Shown here: positions 63,458-64,000 of the stretch, in pieces
Numbering within the stretch: position 1 is the first letter of the stretch
How the letters are laid out: each line of letters starts with the position of its first letter
Assembly: GCA_003427395.1 (NCBI GenBank)
Contig: BFEA01000003.1
Location: 4,476,054-4,540,053 of the forward strand
DNA length: 64,000 nucleotides
From: Chara braunii
Taxonomy: Eukaryota > Plantae > Charophyceae
Direction of reading: 5' to 3'
Program-made: the position numbers and the translations under genes
Notes under the pieces: model-generated
Told to the model about the DNA's origin: nothing
The model's database searches: none
The model's input: the letters and a program-made list of their open reading frames with translations, nothing else

Positions 63458-63964
63458 CAAGCACCCCACCATGACGACGCTGACTGACGAAAATGAGTAT
63501 GAAGATGCCGATTAAGATGAAANATAAGGANCACTATNTGCGAGGACAAGGTANGATGATAATGGCGTTGAGAAAGGGGGCCGAAACAGGCTATGGTGGT
63601 TTTGTTTTTTTTCCTACTGACTCTGATCGCAAAAGGGAGACGAAGCGACATGAAGGGGAGGACGAGGAAGAGGAGTGGAAGGGCGAGGACGAGGAAGAGG
63701 AAGAGGAACACGAGGAGGAGGAGGAAAAGGAAGGCGAAAGCCTAAAAGGAGGGAGGGTAGGGAGGCAGAAAGAGATGGAACGGGAGGAGAAGGGGGAGGA
63801 GGACAAAGGGGAAGGACGAGAAGAGGAGGGGAAAGTACAGAGGAGGGAAAGTAGGGAGAATAGGAAAAGTTAGGGGGAAAGTCGACGGGGTGGGGGGGGA
63901 TGGTAAAGGTGTGAAATCGCACCACATAAATTTTTTGTTTCCTCTCTTTTCCGTTATTTGTGTT

Positions 63965-64000
<36 letters not shown>

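Overview
Repeat-dominated eukaryotic draft scaffold with several N gaps. The transposon repertoire and microsatellite load suggest a streptophyte green alga such as Chara (inference, not tested). There is one intact host gene, an intronless mitochondrial dihydrolipoamide dehydrogenase (41612-43228, +), and a decayed bacterial/fungal-type GH105 (YteR-like) glycoside hydrolase pseudogene (~3225-4170, -). Mobile DNA includes: (1) a ~20.4 kb PAT/kangaroo-like tyrosine-recombinase retrotransposon with split direct repeats (4393-24822), containing a nested Chlamys-type Penelope-like element with N-terminal GIY-YIG (10094-16458); (2) a full-length Ty3/gypsy chromovirus with LTRs, PBS and a 5-bp TSD (27579-38747, -); (3) an L1-like LINE remnant, hAT and Tc1/mariner-type MITEs, tRNA-derived SINE-like heads and a diverged U6 copy. 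The most striking signal is a set of ~300-nt non-coding elements carrying type III hammerhead ribozymes (five near-complete copies plus truncated ends). They sit in (CA)n or (TA)n microsatellites. The CA family carries an internal G-U-rich anti-hammerhead strand predicting a rod-like RNA, and the TA family leaves nested 3'-end copies in (TA)n. Together these point to a candidate microsatellite-targeting retrozyme-like system, possibly mobilised by Penelope-like RT.
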